Source of the DNA: Escherichia coli
Lineage (GTDB): Bacteria; Pseudomonadota; Gammaproteobacteria; Enterobacterales; Enterobacteriaceae
NCBI RefSeq assembly: GCF_013315695.1
Contig: NZ_CP054353.1
Length of the DNA: 64,000 nucleotides
Strand: one strand, 5' to 3'
The translations under genes were made by a program, and so were the position numbers. Under the pieces are notes generated by a model. The model was not told the origin of the DNA. It saw only the letters and a program-made list of their open reading frames with translations, and searched no databases. Below are positions 32,131 through 46,257 of this stretch, one piece after another; within the stretch, counting starts at the first letter, position 1, and each line of letters opens with the position of its first letter.

Positions 32131-33200
32131 TAATCCACCTGACGGAACTGGCTAAACGCGTTGACTTTCTCCGCGGTTAAGGTGGTCAGAAAATCCCTTA
32201 TCAACGTGAGCAGAGCATCGTAATCGGCTTTTGAAATCATACCGCTATTGGCGTGCAGATAACGCGTTGGCAGACACAGCGCGACAACTGGACGCCCGCC
32301 GCCCATCACGTTGTAGCGCCCGCCATCCGTCGCTCCGGTTTTCATGGTGCAAAATTGCAGTGGTAAATCGTTATGTACGGCACAGTTTTTTAACGCTGCT
32401 ACCAGTTTCTGGTTGGGGAAGTAGCGCTTGTCAAACAACATCAGCCCCGGCCCCTGGCCCAGTTTCAGCGGGTATTTTATGTTATCAATGCCCGGAACAT
32501 CGCCCGCGACAGCGGTATCCAACACGATCACGACGTCCGGTTTAATGTGTTCCGCCGAGGTTTGTGCCCCGCGTAGCCCAACTTCTTCTTCCACGCTGCC
32601 GACGCCATACAGCGTAATTTCGGGGTTATTTACTGTCTGTAGGAGCTCAGCCATCATCGCGCAGCCGATGCGGTTATCCAGCGCCTTGCCGACCACTTTA
32701 TCTTCGCCCCAGCAGGCAAAATTGGCTTCCGGGCTAATAAAATCGCCAATTTCCACGCCGCGCTTTTCCACCTCTTCGCGACTGTTCGCGCCAATATCAA
32801 TGAACATCTCATCAAATGACAGCGGTTGTTGCTTTTGCTTTTCCGTTAACGCATGAGGCGCGACGGAACCAATCACACCAGGGATTTTATATCCCTTGTG
32901 TGTGCGTATGGTTACCCGGTGGTTGAGCATCGACTGATTCCACCAGCTGCCAATGGTGGTAAAGCGCAGAAAACCGCTCTCGTCGATATGGGTGACCATA
33001 AAGCCGACTTCATCCATATGCCCGACAACGGCAACTTTTGGACCTTTATTTCCCTTACGGGCAACAAAGCTGCCCAGACCATCAAAGGTGATCTCATTCA
33101 CGCAAGGTTCCAGCGTGTTTATCAGAATGTCACGAACTTCCTGTTCATCGCCGCTGACGGCGCTGGCTTCGCACAACTGTTGCAGTAACTCAATGTTCAT
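32130..33200 (-). CDS. frvX: M42-family aminopeptidase/cellulase-like protein FrvX
   Basis: M42-family metal-binding His/Asp pattern; start MNIELLQQ (track begins two codons earlier). Confidence 0.85.
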   Translation of the reverse strand: MNIELLQQLCEASAVSGDEQEVRDILINTLEPCVNEITFDGLGSFVARKGNKGPKVAVVGHMDEVGFMVTHIDESGFLRFTTIGSWWNQSMLNHRVTIRTHKGYKIPGVIGSVAPHALTEKQKQQPLSFDEMFIDIGANSREEVEKRGVEIGDFISPEANFACWGEDKVVGKALDNRIGCAMMAELLQTVNNPEITLYGVGSVEEEVGLRGAQTSAEHIKPDVVIVLDTAVAGDVPGIDNIKYPLKLGQGPGLMLFDKRYFPNQKLVAALKNCAVHNDLPLQFCTMKTGATDGGRYNVMGGGRPVVALCLPTRYLHANSGMISKADYDALLTLIRDFLTTLTAEKVNAFSQFRQVD

Positions 33201-34647
33201 GGGCAAGCTCCTGTTGCGCGGCTTTCGCTTTGCGGCGTAACCATAATCCTTTCAGGACGATAATGAATGAAATGTTCAGCGCGAGGCCAATCGCCAGCAC
33301 CAGGTAAAACGAACCTACCGGCGACATCAGGCCGATCAGCGGGTCAAAGATACCCAAACCAGGTGCCAGTCGTTTGATTCCAAAAGCGATCACCAGCACG
33401 CCGGTAATGCCGCCCGCCAGCGTATTGGCGGTGATCATTGGCAGTGGTGCCGCCAGAGCGTAAGGAATAGCCGGTTCGGTCGCGACCGTGGCACCGACCA
33501 CAATGGCGCTACTGGCGGCTTCTTTTTCCTGTTGAGTAAACAGCTTGGGCGCAATGAACGTCGCAAGACCCGCCGCGACAGGCGGCATCAGCGCGACAAC
33601 GCCGACGATGGCGTACCAGTCGTAAATGTGTTTTTCCAGCAGAGAGAAGCAGAAGAACCAGGCGGTTTTGTTGATGGGGCCGCCCATATCGAATGCCAGC
33701 ATCGCACCAACCAGAAACGCCGCCGCAAACTTCATTGACGGAGGAATGGTGTTCAGGAAGTGCAGCAACCCGCCCATGAGGTCGGACATCACCGGTCCGA
33801 TAACGTAGTAAGACAGTACGCCGAAAACCAGCAGAGTGACGAACGGGATCAGCATGGAACCGAGCAGCGGTTGTAATGCTTTGCCAAGGCGCACTTTACG
33901 GAACCAGAAGACGAAATAGCCAATCGCCAGCCCCAGCACCACCGCGCCGAGGAAGCCCGCGCCAGACTGGGTGCCGAGCAGGGCTTTGTCATTCGCCAGA
34001 TAGCAAACCAGAAACGCCGGAGCGAAAGCCGGTTTATCGGCAATCGACGAGGCAATATAAGCGCCCATGATGGGGATCATAAAGGTGAAGCCGAGATAAC
34101 CGATGGATTCCACCACCCAGGTAAACGACGGCGCGCCTTTCGACATATCGGTATACGGCAAACCGAACTGCACCAGCATGTTGGCAAGCGCCACCAGGAT
34201 ACCGCCACCGATGACAAACGGCAGCGCCGCAGAAACACCCGCCATCAGATGGCTCATTACGCTGCCACTTTGCACTTCCTGTTTGCCGAGCTTCACGCCG
34301 CTATCTGCGGCAAAAAGCTGCGAATTTGTCGGTAATTCACTGAAAATCTGGTCGATATTTTTCAGCGCCTGGGAGATGGCAATCTCATAAACCTTTTTCC
34401 CGGCAAATCGCGCGCGATCATCACCGCTCAGGCCACGCCCGGTAGCGAGAATCACGTAATCGGCAGCGGCAATCTCTTCGCTGGATAAGCGGTTTTCGAT
34501 GCCGCTTGATCCTTGAGTTTCAACTTTAATGGTATGACCGAGAGAACGGGCTTTCTGTTCCAGGGCTTCCGCCACCATGTAGGTGTGAGCGATCCCGGCG
34601 GGGCAGTTGGTGATCGCGACAATACGTAAGGATGACTCCATCGCCAC
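33190..34647 (-). CDS. frvB: PTS fructose-like EIIBC component FrvB
   Basis: N-terminal EIIB Cys motif ITNCPAGIAHT; polytopic EIIC domain; start may be 6 nt downstream. Confidence 0.88.
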   Translation of the reverse strand: MAMESSLRIVAITNCPAGIAHTYMVAEALEQKARSLGHTIKVETQGSSGIENRLSSEEIAAADYVILATGRGLSGDDRARFAGKKVYEIAISQALKNIDQIFSELPTNSQLFAADSGVKLGKQEVQSGSVMSHLMAGVSAALPFVIGGGILVALANMLVQFGLPYTDMSKGAPSFTWVVESIGYLGFTFMIPIMGAYIASSIADKPAFAPAFLVCYLANDKALLGTQSGAGFLGAVVLGLAIGYFVFWFRKVRLGKALQPLLGSMLIPFVTLLVFGVLSYYVIGPVMSDLMGGLLHFLNTIPPSMKFAAAFLVGAMLAFDMGGPINKTAWFFCFSLLEKHIYDWYAIVGVVALMPPVAAGLATFIAPKLFTQQEKEAASSAIVVGATVATEPAIPYALAAPLPMITANTLAGGITGVLVIAFGIKRLAPGLGIFDPLIGLMSPVGSFYLVLAIGLALNISFIIVLKGLWLRRKAKAAQQELAHEH

Positions 34648-34651
34648 TTCC

Positions 34652-35098
34652 TTATGAGCTGAGGGTTTGATTTAACAAAGCAAGTACCTGGTCGGCGTCG
34701 CCCTGTCGCAGTTGGTTGATAAAATCCTGGTGGATAATTTTGCGACACAGCGTGCCGATGATTTTGACCTGATCCTCTTCGCCACTTTGCGGCACGCCGA
34801 GGCAGATCCAGCAATTGACGTCTTCGCCGTCGCTGGCTTTCCAGTCAATGGCCTGCGCTTTGCGGGCGAATAACACGAACGGTTGTTTAACGCAGGCGCT
34901 TTTACCGTGCGGCACGGCGACACCGGAACCAAATCCCGTGGAGTGCATTTTTTCGCGCAGCAGCAGGGTTTGCAGGAACTGGTGTGAGTCGGTGATAAAA
35001 CCGTTTTGTAACGCCATTGTCGCCAACTGCTTCAGAACGGAATAAGCGCCATTGCCCTGAATATTCAGGTCAATACAGCTTGCAGTAAGTGCTGCCAT
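34652..35098 (-). CDS. frvA: PTS fructose-like EIIA component FrvA
   Basis: EIIA(Fru/Mtl/Ntr) His motif GVAVPHG; start MAALTASCID at 35098 (track ORF extends further upstream). Confidence 0.85.
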   Translation of the reverse strand: MAALTASCIDLNIQGNGAYSVLKQLATMALQNGFITDSHQFLQTLLLREKMHSTGFGSGVAVPHGKSACVKQPFVLFARKAQAIDWKASDGEDVNCWICLGVPQSGEEDQVKIIGTLCRKIIHQDFINQLRQGDADQVLALLNQTLSS

Positions 35099-35574
35099 TA
35101 TTGGATTCCATGAAAAAATATTATAGTTAATTGTAACGGCGGGGCGGTTTTGTGATGAGCGCGGATATGTCGTGAAGTCGTGACAATATAAGGCAGAGTG
35201 AAGGATAAATTTTGCGGTGTAAGGCACATATTGATGGGTAAAATAAATGCAGTGAATAAAAAATCATTATTTAATGATGTTGTGAATGTTTAACTGCCGC
35301 ACATGTTTTGCAGCAAGGTTATTTATATTTGTGGCTTATGAGTCAGCGTGAATTATATCTAATATTTTTTACGATATTTGGTTAAAAACGGCACTATTGT
35401 TATATTCCTCACGTTCCAGGAAATCAGCGGATTTACTCATATTATGCAGCGGGATACTATCCATCGGCCTGCTGAAGTTGGATTAAAAATTCGAAAGTGC
35501 ACACCTTATATTTCTCTATATACGTATTCCTTTTGGAAAGCGTAGGGTCTCTTTTATTTCAGGGAACGTAAATA

Positions 35575-36969
35575 ATGAAAAAATCGACATTATCTTTAGC
35601 CATCGGTTTATTATTGGCATGTAGTACCGGAATGGCAAAAACACAGCATTTAACGCTGGAACAACGCATGGCATTGCTGGAAGAACGCCTGGAAGCGGCA
35701 GAAATGCGGGCAGCAAAAGCAGAGAGCCAGGTTAAACAGCTGCAGACACAACAAGCCGCTGAGATCCGCGAAATTAAGGCTGCCCAGGGCAATACGCCGG
35801 TAAATGGACAGGCAACGGCGGAATCTGCAAAGAAAAATTCCACCTCACCTAATCTTTTGCTCTCAGGTTATGGCGATTTAAAAATCTACGGCGACGTAGA
35901 ATTTAATATGGATGCGGAAAGTAATCATGGCCTGCTGGCAATGACCAACGCTGATGTGAATAGCGATCCCACTAATGAACAGTGGAATCTCAATGGTCGT
36001 ATTTTGTTAGGTTTTGATGGTATGCGAAAACTGGATAATGGCTATTTCGCCGGGTTCTCCGCACAACCGCTGGGGGATATGCACGGTTCAGTAAATATCG
36101 ATGATGCGGTTTTCTTCTTTGGCAAAGAAAACGACTGGAAGGTCAAAGTAGGCCGTTTTGAAGCCTACGATATGTTCCCGCTGAATCAGGATACCTTTGT
36201 TGAACATTCCGGTAATACTGCGAACGATCTTTATGACGATGGCAGCGGTTATATCTATATGATGAAAGAGGGCCGCGGGCGCTCTAACGCTGGCGGTAAT
36301 TTCCTCGTCAGCAAACAACTTGATAACTGGTATTTTGAATTAAACACGTTACTTGAAGACGGAACATCTTTATATAATGACGGTAATTATCATGGACGCG
36401 ATATGGAGCAGCAGAAAAATGTTGCTTATCTGCGTCCGGTAATTGCCTGGTCGCCGACAGAAGAATTCACCGTTTCCGCAGCGATGGAAGCGAACGTGGT
36501 AAATAATGCTTATGGTTATACCGATAGCAAGGGTAATTTTGTCGATCAGTCCGATCGTACCGGCTATGGTATGAGCATGACCTGGAATGGCCTGAAAACG
36601 GATCCGGAAAATGGCGTCGTGGTTAATCTTAATACCGCCTATTTAGATGCTAATAATGAGAAAGATTTCACTGCCGGGATTAACGCGCTGTGGAAACGTT
36701 TCGAGCTGGGTTATATCTACGCGCACAATAAGATTGATGAATTCAGCGGTGTAGTTTGTGATAACGACTGCTGGATTGATGATGAAGGGACGTACACCAT
36801 TCACACCATTCATGCGTCTTATCAGTTCGCTAATGTGATGGATATGGAGAACTTTAATATTTACCTCGGGACGTATTACTCCATTCTGGATAGCGACGGT
36901 GATAAAAAACACGGTGATGATACTGATGACCGTTACGGCGCACGCGTTCGCTTTAAATACTTCTTCTGA
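35575..36969 (+). CDS. putative outer-membrane carbohydrate porin with N-terminal coiled coil (accessory gene)
   Basis: Signal peptide MKKSTLSLAIGLLLACSTGMA; heptad-like LEQRMALLEERLEAAEMRAAKAESQVKQLQTQQ; alternating beta-strand-like body; C-terminal ...RFKYFF aromatic terminus; AT-rich; no gene here in K-12 as remembered. Confidence 0.65.
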   Translation: MKKSTLSLAIGLLLACSTGMAKTQHLTLEQRMALLEERLEAAEMRAAKAESQVKQLQTQQAAEIREIKAAQGNTPVNGQATAESAKKNSTSPNLLLSGYGDLKIYGDVEFNMDAESNHGLLAMTNADVNSDPTNEQWNLNGRILLGFDGMRKLDNGYFAGFSAQPLGDMHGSVNIDDAVFFFGKENDWKVKVGRFEAYDMFPLNQDTFVEHSGNTANDLYDDGSGYIYMMKEGRGRSNAGGNFLVSKQLDNWYFELNTLLEDGTSLYNDGNYHGRDMEQQKNVAYLRPVIAWSPTEEFTVSAAMEANVVNNAYGYTDSKGNFVDQSDRTGYGMSMTWNGLKTDPENGVVVNLNTAYLDANNEKDFTAGINALWKRFELGYIYAHNKIDEFSGVVCDNDCWIDDEGTYTIHTIHASYQFANVMDMENFNIYLGTYYSILDSDGDKKHGDDTDDRYGARVRFKYFF

Positions 36970-36974
36970 TGAAG

Positions 36975-37003
36975 GCGCGGTGCTGGATATTTTCCGGCAC
37001 CGC
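36975..37003. terminator. hairpin between porin gene and rhaM (convergent)
   Basis: gcggtgc-tggatattttcc-ggcaccgc. Confidence 0.5.
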
Positions 37004-37009
37004 AACTCA

Positions 37010-37324
37010 TTAAGGCAGGTAAAACACTTCTTGCAGCTCGCTACTGACTGGGCTGTTATCCGGGTTAGCTGGCATAACGTCGGTCATATATTTCCACCAA
37101 CGTTGGCAAACATCAGTACTGGCTACCGCATTCCACCGTTCTTCAGATTCAATCTCTACCGTGGCAAACAGCAGATTACGCGCTTTGTCGAGGTAAATGG
37201 CGTAGTTATGTGCACCGTGAGATTTCAACACTGCTTCCAGTTCCGGCCAGATTGGATTATGCCGACGCTGATACTCTTCGTGGGCGTCGGGGTTAACCTG
37301 CATGACAAAGGCTTTGCGGATCAT
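37010..37324 (-). CDS. rhaM: L-rhamnose mutarotase
   Basis: 104-aa [33 protein letters not shown]...; downstream of rhaD. Confidence 0.92.
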
Positions 37325-37333
37325 GTTTGCTCC

Positions 37334-38158
37334 TTACAGCGCCAGCGCACTGGCGAGTGGTGTAACACCGAAACGCTGGCCGAGCGCTATCAGCTCTTCA
37401 CGACTGATGGTCTGTTTCATGCCGCCCATCGAATAAACCTTCACTAATACTTGTGCTGATTTTTCTGCGGTGTCGATTAAACCGAATGTTTCATCCAGTG
37501 TCGGACCGCTGCCGAAGACGCCGTGGAAGGGCCACAACACCAGCGAATGTTTTTGCATTTCCTGTGCGGTCGCCTGGCCGATTTCGTCCGTGCCGGGCAC
37601 CATCCACGGCAAAATGCCGACGCCATCCGGGAACACTACCAGACACTCGGTGCTGCCTTCCCAAAGCTGGCGAGTGAAGAGCGCGGTGTCGTTTTCCAGT
37701 ACGTAGGTAAGGGCGATCAGGTTGGTGGCGTGGCAGTGCATGATCACCCGATCTTTACCGTTGGTAGCTTTAATGCGCTCGCAGTGGGAGAGAAAGTGAG
37801 CCGGAAGTTCAGAAGTTGGAACGGCTTCGTTGGTTAGCCCCCAGAGAATATGGTAGCCCGCGCCGTCGCTGTCGACTTTTACGATGCCTAAGTTAGCCGC
37901 AGGATCAAGCTGGACGTTACGAAAGAATTTGCCGGAGCCGGTGACAATAAACGGTGTATTTGCCAGTAAAGGCATGGGCTGGCTGAGCGGGATATAGCGC
38001 GGTTGTGCATGAAAGTTGTCGTGATACGGTGCGATATCGGCGTCATCCAGGCGCAGCGTCAGGTTACCACCATTGCGCTCGTCCCAGCCTTTCAGCCAGG
38101 CGTCGGTGGTGGCTTTGATCATTCCCTGGACAAACCAGGACTGGGTAATGTTTTGCAT
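37334..38158 (-). CDS. rhaD: rhamnulose-1-phosphate aldolase
   Basis: Start [21 protein letters not shown] at 38158 (track ORF extends upstream); class II aldolase His ligands. Confidence 0.93.
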   Translation of the reverse strand: MQNITQSWFVQGMIKATTDAWLKGWDERNGGNLTLRLDDADIAPYHDNFHAQPRYIPLSQPMPLLANTPFIVTGSGKFFRNVQLDPAANLGIVKVDSDGAGYHILWGLTNEAVPTSELPAHFLSHCERIKATNGKDRVIMHCHATNLIALTYVLENDTALFTRQLWEGSTECLVVFPDGVGILPWMVPGTDEIGQATAQEMQKHSLVLWPFHGVFGSGPTLDETFGLIDTAEKSAQVLVKVYSMGGMKQTISREELIALGQRFGVTPLASALAL

Positions 38159-38185
38159 GTTCTGTGTTCCTGTAAATTCGGTGTT

Positions 38186-38238
38186 GTCGGATGCACGACC
38201 CGTAGGCCGGATAAGGCGCTCGCGCCGCATCCGGCAGT
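38186..38238. repeat. REP element in rhaA-rhaD intergenic region
   Basis: cggatgcacgacccgtaggccggataaggcgctcgcgccgcatccggca. Confidence 0.8.
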
Positions 38239-38240
38239 GT

Positions 38241-41253
<3,013 letters not shown>

Positions 41254-42090
41254 ATGACCGTATTACATAGTGTGGATTTTTTTCCGTCTGGTAACGCGTC
41301 CGTGGCGATAGAACCCCGGCTCCCGCAGGCGGATTTTCCTGAACATCATCATGATTTTCATGAAATTGTGATTGTCGAACATGGCACGGGTATTCATGTG
41401 TTTAATGGGCAGCCCTATACCATCACCGGTGGGACGGTCTGTTTTGTGCGCGACCATGATCGGCATCTGTATGAACATACCGATAATCTGTGTCTGACCA
41501 ATGTGCTGTATCGCTCGCCGGATCGATTTCAGTTTCTCGCCGGGCTGAATCAGTTGCTGCCACAAGAGCAGGATGGGCAGTATCCGTCTCACTGGCGCGT
41601 TAACCACAGCGTGTTGCAGCAGGTGCGACAGCTGGTTGCACAGATGGAACAGCAGGAAGAGGAAAATGATTTACCCTCGACCGCCAGTCGCGAGATCTTA
41701 TTTATGCAATTACTGCTCTTGCTGCGTAAAAGCAGTTTGCAGGAGAACCTGGAAAACAGCGCGTCACGTCTCAACTTGCTTCTGGCCTGGCTGGAGGACC
41801 ATTTTGCCGATGAGGTGAATTGGGATGCCGTGGCGGATCAATTTTCTCTTTCGCTGCGTACGCTACATCGGCAGCTTAAGCAGCAAACGGGACTGACGCC
41901 TCAACGTTACCTGAACCGCCTGCGACTGATGAAAGCCCGACATCTGCTACGCCACAGCGAGGCCAGCGTTACTGACATCGCCTATCGCTGCGGATTTAGC
42001 GACAGTAACCACTTTTCGACGCTTTTTCGCCGAGAGTTTAACTGGTCACCGCGTGATATTCGCCAGGGACGGGATGGCTTTCTGCAATAA
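41254..42090 (+). CDS. rhaS: AraC-family activator RhaS
   Basis: 278-aa ORF; cupin N-domain and C-terminal AraC HTH. Confidence 0.95.
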   Translation: MTVLHSVDFFPSGNASVAIEPRLPQADFPEHHHDFHEIVIVEHGTGIHVFNGQPYTITGGTVCFVRDHDRHLYEHTDNLCLTNVLYRSPDRFQFLAGLNQLLPQEQDGQYPSHWRVNHSVLQQVRQLVAQMEQQEEENDLPSTASREILFMQLLLLLRKSSLQENLENSASRLNLLLAWLEDHFADEVNWDAVADQFSLSLRTLHRQLKQQTGLTPQRYLNRLRLMKARHLLRHSEASVTDIAYRCGFSDSNHFSTLFRREFNWSPRDIRQGRDGFLQ

Positions 42091-42163
42091 CGCGAATCTT
42101 CTCAACGTATTTGTACGCCATATTGCGAATAATCAACTTCGTTCTCTGGCCGAGGTAGCCACG

Positions 42164-43012
42164 GTGGCGCATCAGTTAAAACTTCTCAAAGATGATTTTT
42201 TTGCCAGCGACCAGCAGGCAGTCGCTGTGGCTGACCGTTATCCGCAAGATGTCTTTGCTGAACATACACATGATTTTTGTGAGCTGGTAATTGTCTGGCG
42301 CGGTAATGGTCTGCATGTACTCAACGATCGCCCTTATCGCATTACCCGTGGCGATCTCTTTTACATTCATGCTGACGATAAACACTCCTACGCTTCCGTT
42401 AACGATCTGGTTTTGCAGAATATTATTTATTGCCCGGAGCGGCTGAAGCTGAATCTTGACTGGCAGGGGGCGATTCCGGGATTTAGCGCCAGCGCAGGGC
42501 AACCACACTGGCGCTTAGGTAGCATGGGGATGGCACAGACGCGGCAGATTATCGGTCAGCTTGAGCATGAAAGTAGTCAGCATGTGCCGTTTGCTAACGA
42601 AATGGCAGAGTTGCTGTTCGGGCAGTTGGTGATGTCGCTGAATCGCCATCGTTACACCAGTGATTCGTTGCCGCCAACATCCAGCGAAACGTTGCTGGAT
42701 AAGCTGATTACCCGGCTGGCGGCCAGCCTGAAAAGTCCCTTTGCGCTGGATGAATTTTGTGATGAGGCATCGTGCAGCGAGCGCGTTTTGCGTCAGCAAT
42801 TTCGCCAGCAGACTGGAATGACCATCAATCAATATCTGCGGCAGGTCAGAGTGTGTCATGCGCAATATCTTCTCCAGCATAGCCGCCTGTTAATCAGTGA
42901 TATTTCAACCGAATGTGGCTTTGAAGATAGTAACTATTTTTCGGTGGTGTTTACCCGGGAAACCGGGATGACGCCCAGCCAGTGGCGTCATCTCAATTCG
43001 CAGAAAGATTAA
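42164..43012 (+). CDS. rhaR: AraC-family activator RhaR
   Basis: GTG at 42164 gives 282 aa ([13 protein letters not shown]...); the ORF is open from 42053, so a longer form is possible. Confidence 0.85.
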   Translation: MAHQLKLLKDDFFASDQQAVAVADRYPQDVFAEHTHDFCELVIVWRGNGLHVLNDRPYRITRGDLFYIHADDKHSYASVNDLVLQNIIYCPERLKLNLDWQGAIPGFSASAGQPHWRLGSMGMAQTRQIIGQLEHESSQHVPFANEMAELLFGQLVMSLNRHRYTSDSLPPTSSETLLDKLITRLAASLKSPFALDEFCDEASCSERVLRQQFRQQTGMTINQYLRQVRVCHAQYLLQHSRLLISDISTECGFEDSNYFSVVFTRETGMTPSQWRHLNSQKD

Positions 43013-44043
43013 TTCGCCATGCCCATGCCGACGATGTTGGCGGCAACAATAATCACCACACAACCGAGGCTCAACACCGTTACCGGACGGCGTCCTGCAT
43101 TGTTCCACTCTTTCAGCACCAGCCCGACGATACCGCCGCACAATACATAGAAGCTCATATGCAGCATCCAGCTGATGTAGTCATACTGCGCCGGAATACG
43201 CGCGTGGCCCCAGGCATAGAAAAAGAATTGCAGATACCACATCAACCCGCCCAGTGCTGAGAGTAACACGTTGTGAATGATCAGCGGTTTTGCCAGCGAG
43301 AAGTCGGCTTTTAGCGACAAATCCTTCACTTTTGCCAGACGAATGAAGCAGAAACCGAGGTTGATGATCGCGCCGCCTCCCATGATGACAACATAGCTTG
43401 GCAGAGCGACATACAGTGGATCGACGCCCAGTGCGGCAGCGGCTTCATGCATCGGTTTTGCGGCGTTCATCGCAAAGGACATCCCGGCAGAGAAAATGCC
43501 GCACATCACCGCCAGCACCAGCCCTTTTTTCAGGTTGAACTCTTCGGCTTTAATGCCCATCTTGCGCTCTTTCAACTGCCCGGCGCGAGTCACAATCCCT
43601 ACGCCAATCAGCGCCACCAGAACGCCGAGCAACGTCATGCGTCCGCCTTCGGTATTAATCAGAACATCGAAATTGCCGTTGATAATTGGCGTCATCAGCG
43701 TACCGACAATCAACGTAATGCCAATGGCGATGCCAATTCCCATCGACATGCCGAGATAACGCATGGTCAGGCCGTAGTTGATATTACCGATCCCCCACAT
43801 AGCGCCGAACAGAAAAACAGGCAGCAGCGTAGAGAGACTAAACGAGCTGTAATACGCCCAGAAATTCGGCAGTAACAGGGCGCTGATGGCCCACGGCAGA
43901 ATAATCCACGAAACAATCCCACCAACTGACCACATGGTTTCCCATGACCATTTTTTTACTTTTTTGAACGGAGCGTAAAAACAGGCTGCACTGGCCGCGC
44001 CGATCAAATGCCAAAATATCCCCATCGTAATCGCGTTACTCAT
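43009..44043 (-). CDS. rhaT: L-rhamnose:H+ symporter
   Basis: 344-aa 10-[31 protein letters not shown]. Confidence 0.95.
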   Translation of the reverse strand: MSNAITMGIFWHLIGAASAACFYAPFKKVKKWSWETMWSVGGIVSWIILPWAISALLLPNFWAYYSSFSLSTLLPVFLFGAMWGIGNINYGLTMRYLGMSMGIGIAIGITLIVGTLMTPIINGNFDVLINTEGGRMTLLGVLVALIGVGIVTRAGQLKERKMGIKAEEFNLKKGLVLAVMCGIFSAGMSFAMNAAKPMHEAAAALGVDPLYVALPSYVVIMGGGAIINLGFCFIRLAKVKDLSLKADFSLAKPLIIHNVLLSALGGLMWYLQFFFYAWGHARIPAQYDYISWMLHMSFYVLCGGIVGLVLKEWNNAGRRPVTVLSLGCVVIIVAANIVGMGMAN

Positions 44044-44229
44044 CTTCTTATCCTCATCATTTTTCGTCGCGTCACATCTCCGACGAGATGAGTGTAAAAA
44101 TCGTGCTGTCGATTAACCTTTCGCCTGTTGCCGCCGCTGCCGATTTACTGGCAATCACGGCATTAAGTGGGTGATTTGCTTCACATCTTGGGCATTTTCC
44201 TGCAAAACCATACCCTTACGAAAAGTACG

Positions 44230-44275
44230 GCATTGATAATCATTTTCAATATCATTTAATTAACTATAATGAACC
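44230..44275 (+). promoter_or_regulatory. sodA promoter with Fur-box-like motif and -10 element
   Basis: gataatcattttcaatatcatt (Fur-box-like) and tataat at 44265..44270. Confidence 0.6.
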
Positions 44276-44327
44276 AACTGCTTACGCGGCATTAACAATC
44301 GGCCGCCCGACAATACTGGAGATGAAT

Positions 44328-44948
44328 ATGAGCTATACCCTGCCATCCCTGCCGTATGCTTACGATGCCCTGGAACCGCACTTCGATAAGCAGACCATGG
44401 AAATCCACCACACCAAACACCATCAGACCTACGTCAACAACGCCAACGCGGCGCTGGAAAGCCTGCCAGAATTCGCTAACCTGCCGGTTGAAGAGCTGAT
44501 CACCAAACTGGACCAGCTGCCAGCAGACAAGAAAACCGTACTGCGCAACAACGCTGGCGGTCACGCTAACCACAGCCTGTTCTGGAAAGGTCTGAAAAAA
44601 GGCACCACCCTGCAGGGTGACCTGAAAGCGGCTATCGAACGTGACTTCGGCTCCGTTGATAACTTCAAAGCAGAATTTGAGAAAGCGGCAGCTTCCCGCT
44701 TTGGTTCCGGCTGGGCATGGCTGGTGCTGAAAGGCGATAAACTGGCGGTGGTTTCTACTGCTAACCAGGACTCCCCGCTGATGGGTGAAGCTATTTCTGG
44801 CGCTTCCGGCTTCCCGATTGTGGGCCTGGATGTGTGGGAACATGCTTACTACCTGAAATTCCAGAACCGCCGTCCGGACTACATCAAAGAGTTCTGGAAC
44901 GTGGTGAACTGGGACGAAGCAGCGGCACGTTTCGCGGCGAAAAAATAA
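44328..44948 (+). CDS. sodA: manganese superoxide dismutase
   Basis: [20 protein letters not shown]...; metal ligands His27, His82 and the DVWEHAYY motif. Confidence 0.97.
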   Translation: MSYTLPSLPYAYDALEPHFDKQTMEIHHTKHHQTYVNNANAALESLPEFANLPVEELITKLDQLPADKKTVLRNNAGGHANHSLFWKGLKKGTTLQGDLKAAIERDFGSVDNFKAEFEKAAASRFGSGWAWLVLKGDKLAVVSTANQDSPLMGEAISGASGFPIVGLDVWEHAYYLKFQNRRPDYIKEFWNVVNWDEAAARFAAKK

Positions 44949-45005
44949 TCATTTGCCGCCTGCTGCAATGAGGCGTTTACGTCGCATATCAGCTTAAAAA
45001 ATGAA

Positions 45006-45036
45006 CCATCGCCAACGGCGGTGGTTTTTTTGTGAT
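45006..45036 (+). terminator. Rho-independent terminator of sodA
   Basis: ccatcgcc-aacg-gcggtgg hairpin followed by ttttttt. Confidence 0.75.
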
Positions 45037-45068
45037 CAATTTCAAAATAAAAACAATGATCCGATAAA

Positions 45069-45088
45069 AATAAAACAGTGTTTCAATT
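45069..45088. promoter_or_regulatory. KdgR-operator-like palindrome upstream of kdgT
   Basis: aataaaacagtgtttcaatt matches the KdgR consensus AATRAAAYRNYRTTTYATT at 18 of 19 positions. Confidence 0.6.
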
Positions 45089-45207
45089 GATGTGGTTTTG
45101 ATCACTTTTATTGATCAAATGAATGTCTATCTTCGTTTCCATCAACACTGATGCTCCGTTGAGGAATGACGCATCAGCCCTTAAAAATATGCCGACAGGT
45201 GATGGAA

Positions 45208-46109
45208 ATGCAGATAAAACGCTCGATTGAGAAAATCCCGGGGGGGATGATGCTCGTCCCGCTATTCCTTGGCGCACTGTGCCACACCTTCTCGCCGGAG
45301 GCGGGGAAATATTTTGGATCATTCACCAACGGGATGATTACCGGTACGGTGCCCATTCTGGCGGTGTGGTTTTTTTGCATGGGGGCGTCAATAAAATTAA
45401 GCGCGACGGGAACGGTATTGCGTAAATCCGGTACGCTGGTGGTAACAAAAATTGCCGTCGCGTGGGTGGTTGCGGCAATTGCCTCGCGCATTATTCCGGA
45501 ACATGGTGTTGAAGTTGGATTCTTTGCCGGACTTTCAACGCTGGCGCATTTGTGTTGATGTCATTGGAGTCCGGGCCGCTCATGACGATGATTATTCTGG
45601 GCACTGCCGGGATTGCCTCGTTTGAACCGCATGTTTTCGTCGGCGCAGTATTACCGTTCCTGGTGGGCTTTGCCCTTGGGAACCTTGACCCTGAATTACG
45701 AGAATTTTTCAGCAAAGCGGTGCAGACGCTGATTCCATTCTTTGCCTTCGCGCTGGGCAATACCATTGATTTGACTGTAATTGCCCAGACAGGTTTGCTG
45801 GGGATCCTGTTGGGTGTGGCAGTAATTATCGTGACCGGTATTCCGTTGATTATCGCCGATAAATTGATTGGCGGTGGCGATGGCACTGCCGGAATTGCCG
45901 CTTCCAGTTCCGCAGGGGCCGCGGTAGCGACACCTGTGCTGATTGCAGAAATGGTGCCTGCGTTTAAACCGATGGCTCCGGCAGCAACTTCGCTGGTCGC
46001 GACGGCGGTCATTGTGACTTCGATTCTGGTGCCAATTCTTACCTCTATCTGGTCACGTAAAGTCAAAGCCAGAGCGGCGAAAATCGAAATTTTAGGTACG
46101 GTGAAATAA
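45208..46109 (+). pseudogene. kdgT: 2-keto-3-deoxygluconate permease, disrupted (frameshift with apparent internal deletion)
   Basis: N-terminal part ([13 protein letters not shown]...GLSTLA) stops at TGA 45556..45558; C-terminal part (..[14 protein letters not shown]...KIEILGTVK) continues in another frame from about 45552; about 30 codons appear missing versus the 327-aa protein as remembered. Confidence 0.6.
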
Positions 46110-46257
46110 ACCTGCTTCCTTAATCCCCACAGCCGGATGAACTAACGTTCGTCCGGTTTGCTATTGAGCTCCTGCCTGGATACATACCGCGAAAACAGCA
46201 CGCCTGACATAAAATAAATATGGTCTAATGGGGAAATTTCTCGTGGAGAGGGAACAG

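Noticed and set aside
42053-42163. N-terminal extension of rhaR (ORF open from 42053)
   Set aside because: Kept only as an alternative; the GTG at 42164 gives the 282-aa product and the extension overlaps the rhaS 3' end.
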